From Euprymna scolopes (taxonomy: Eukaryota): DNA of 64,000 bases. Under the pieces are notes generated by a model. That model worked only from the letters and a program-made list of their open reading frames with translations, had not been told where the DNA came from and did no database searches. The translations under genes and the position numbers were made by a program. Within the stretch, counting starts at the first letter, position 1, and each line of letters starts with the position of its first letter. The stretch lies in NCBI GenBank assembly GCA_053919585.1, contig CM132784.1; one strand, given 5' to 3'. This document shows, piece by piece, positions 63,601-64,000 of this stretch.

Positions 63601-64000
63601 GCATTTTAATATACCTGCTACTCTAAACATATTGAGAACTTTTGGAGGGTAGCCGAGACTCTCTTAAACCGTGGTAGGTACCCCATTTAATGATGGCGTC
63701 ACGACAAACTAGTCCTGGCGAAACATCAAGTATTCAACTACCAACAAGATTTGAATTACACTACAAACTCGTGTAGTGAGTTCAATCTCGGCTGCGGCCG
63801 TGCTGGTATGAGTATAGTTTGATGACTATCATTTTCTATCTCGAGCAAAGTCGAATAAATCTTGTATAAAAACAGTATAAAAAACAGTCACATTTTTCCC
63901 CGGCGACACAGTCTTTGTACATATCTGCTCTATTCAGGATATTGAGCACTTTGGATTTACTAACTTATACTCCTTGCCATGCATGATACTGTATTATTCC

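Overview
AT-rich, repeat-dense animal genomic DNA with many (TA)n/(GA)n microsatellites and several N-runs. No host protein-coding exon is convincingly recognisable; the window is mostly mobile DNA. (1) A compact, very young Ty3/Gypsy-type LTR retrotransposon (40915-45509, minus strand) has 414-bp LTRs, an ATTTC target-site duplication (TSD), and open gag and pol frames joined by a G GGA AAC -1 frameshift site. It has no canonical TGG primer-binding site (PBS). Instead the 12 nt abutting the 5' LTR are complementary to the first 12 nt of cytosolic tRNA-Phe(GAA), suggesting priming by a short 5' tRNA fragment. (2) Several Penelope-like elements (PLEs) have a fold-back architecture. Two are large palindromes (arms about 2.3 kb at 15043-20306 and about 0.85 kb at 39202-47551) enclosing a 5'-truncated GIY-YIG endonuclease and carrying hammerhead ribozymes (HHRs) near their outer ends. 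(3) About 15 type-I HHR motifs occur, some in small non-coding retrozyme-like units, nearly all next to (TA)n tracts. (4) The rest includes decayed CR1-like and RTE-like LINEs, mariner copies, MITEs and non-autonomous Helitrons. All alignments and folds were done by eye, so boundaries of old elements are approximate.
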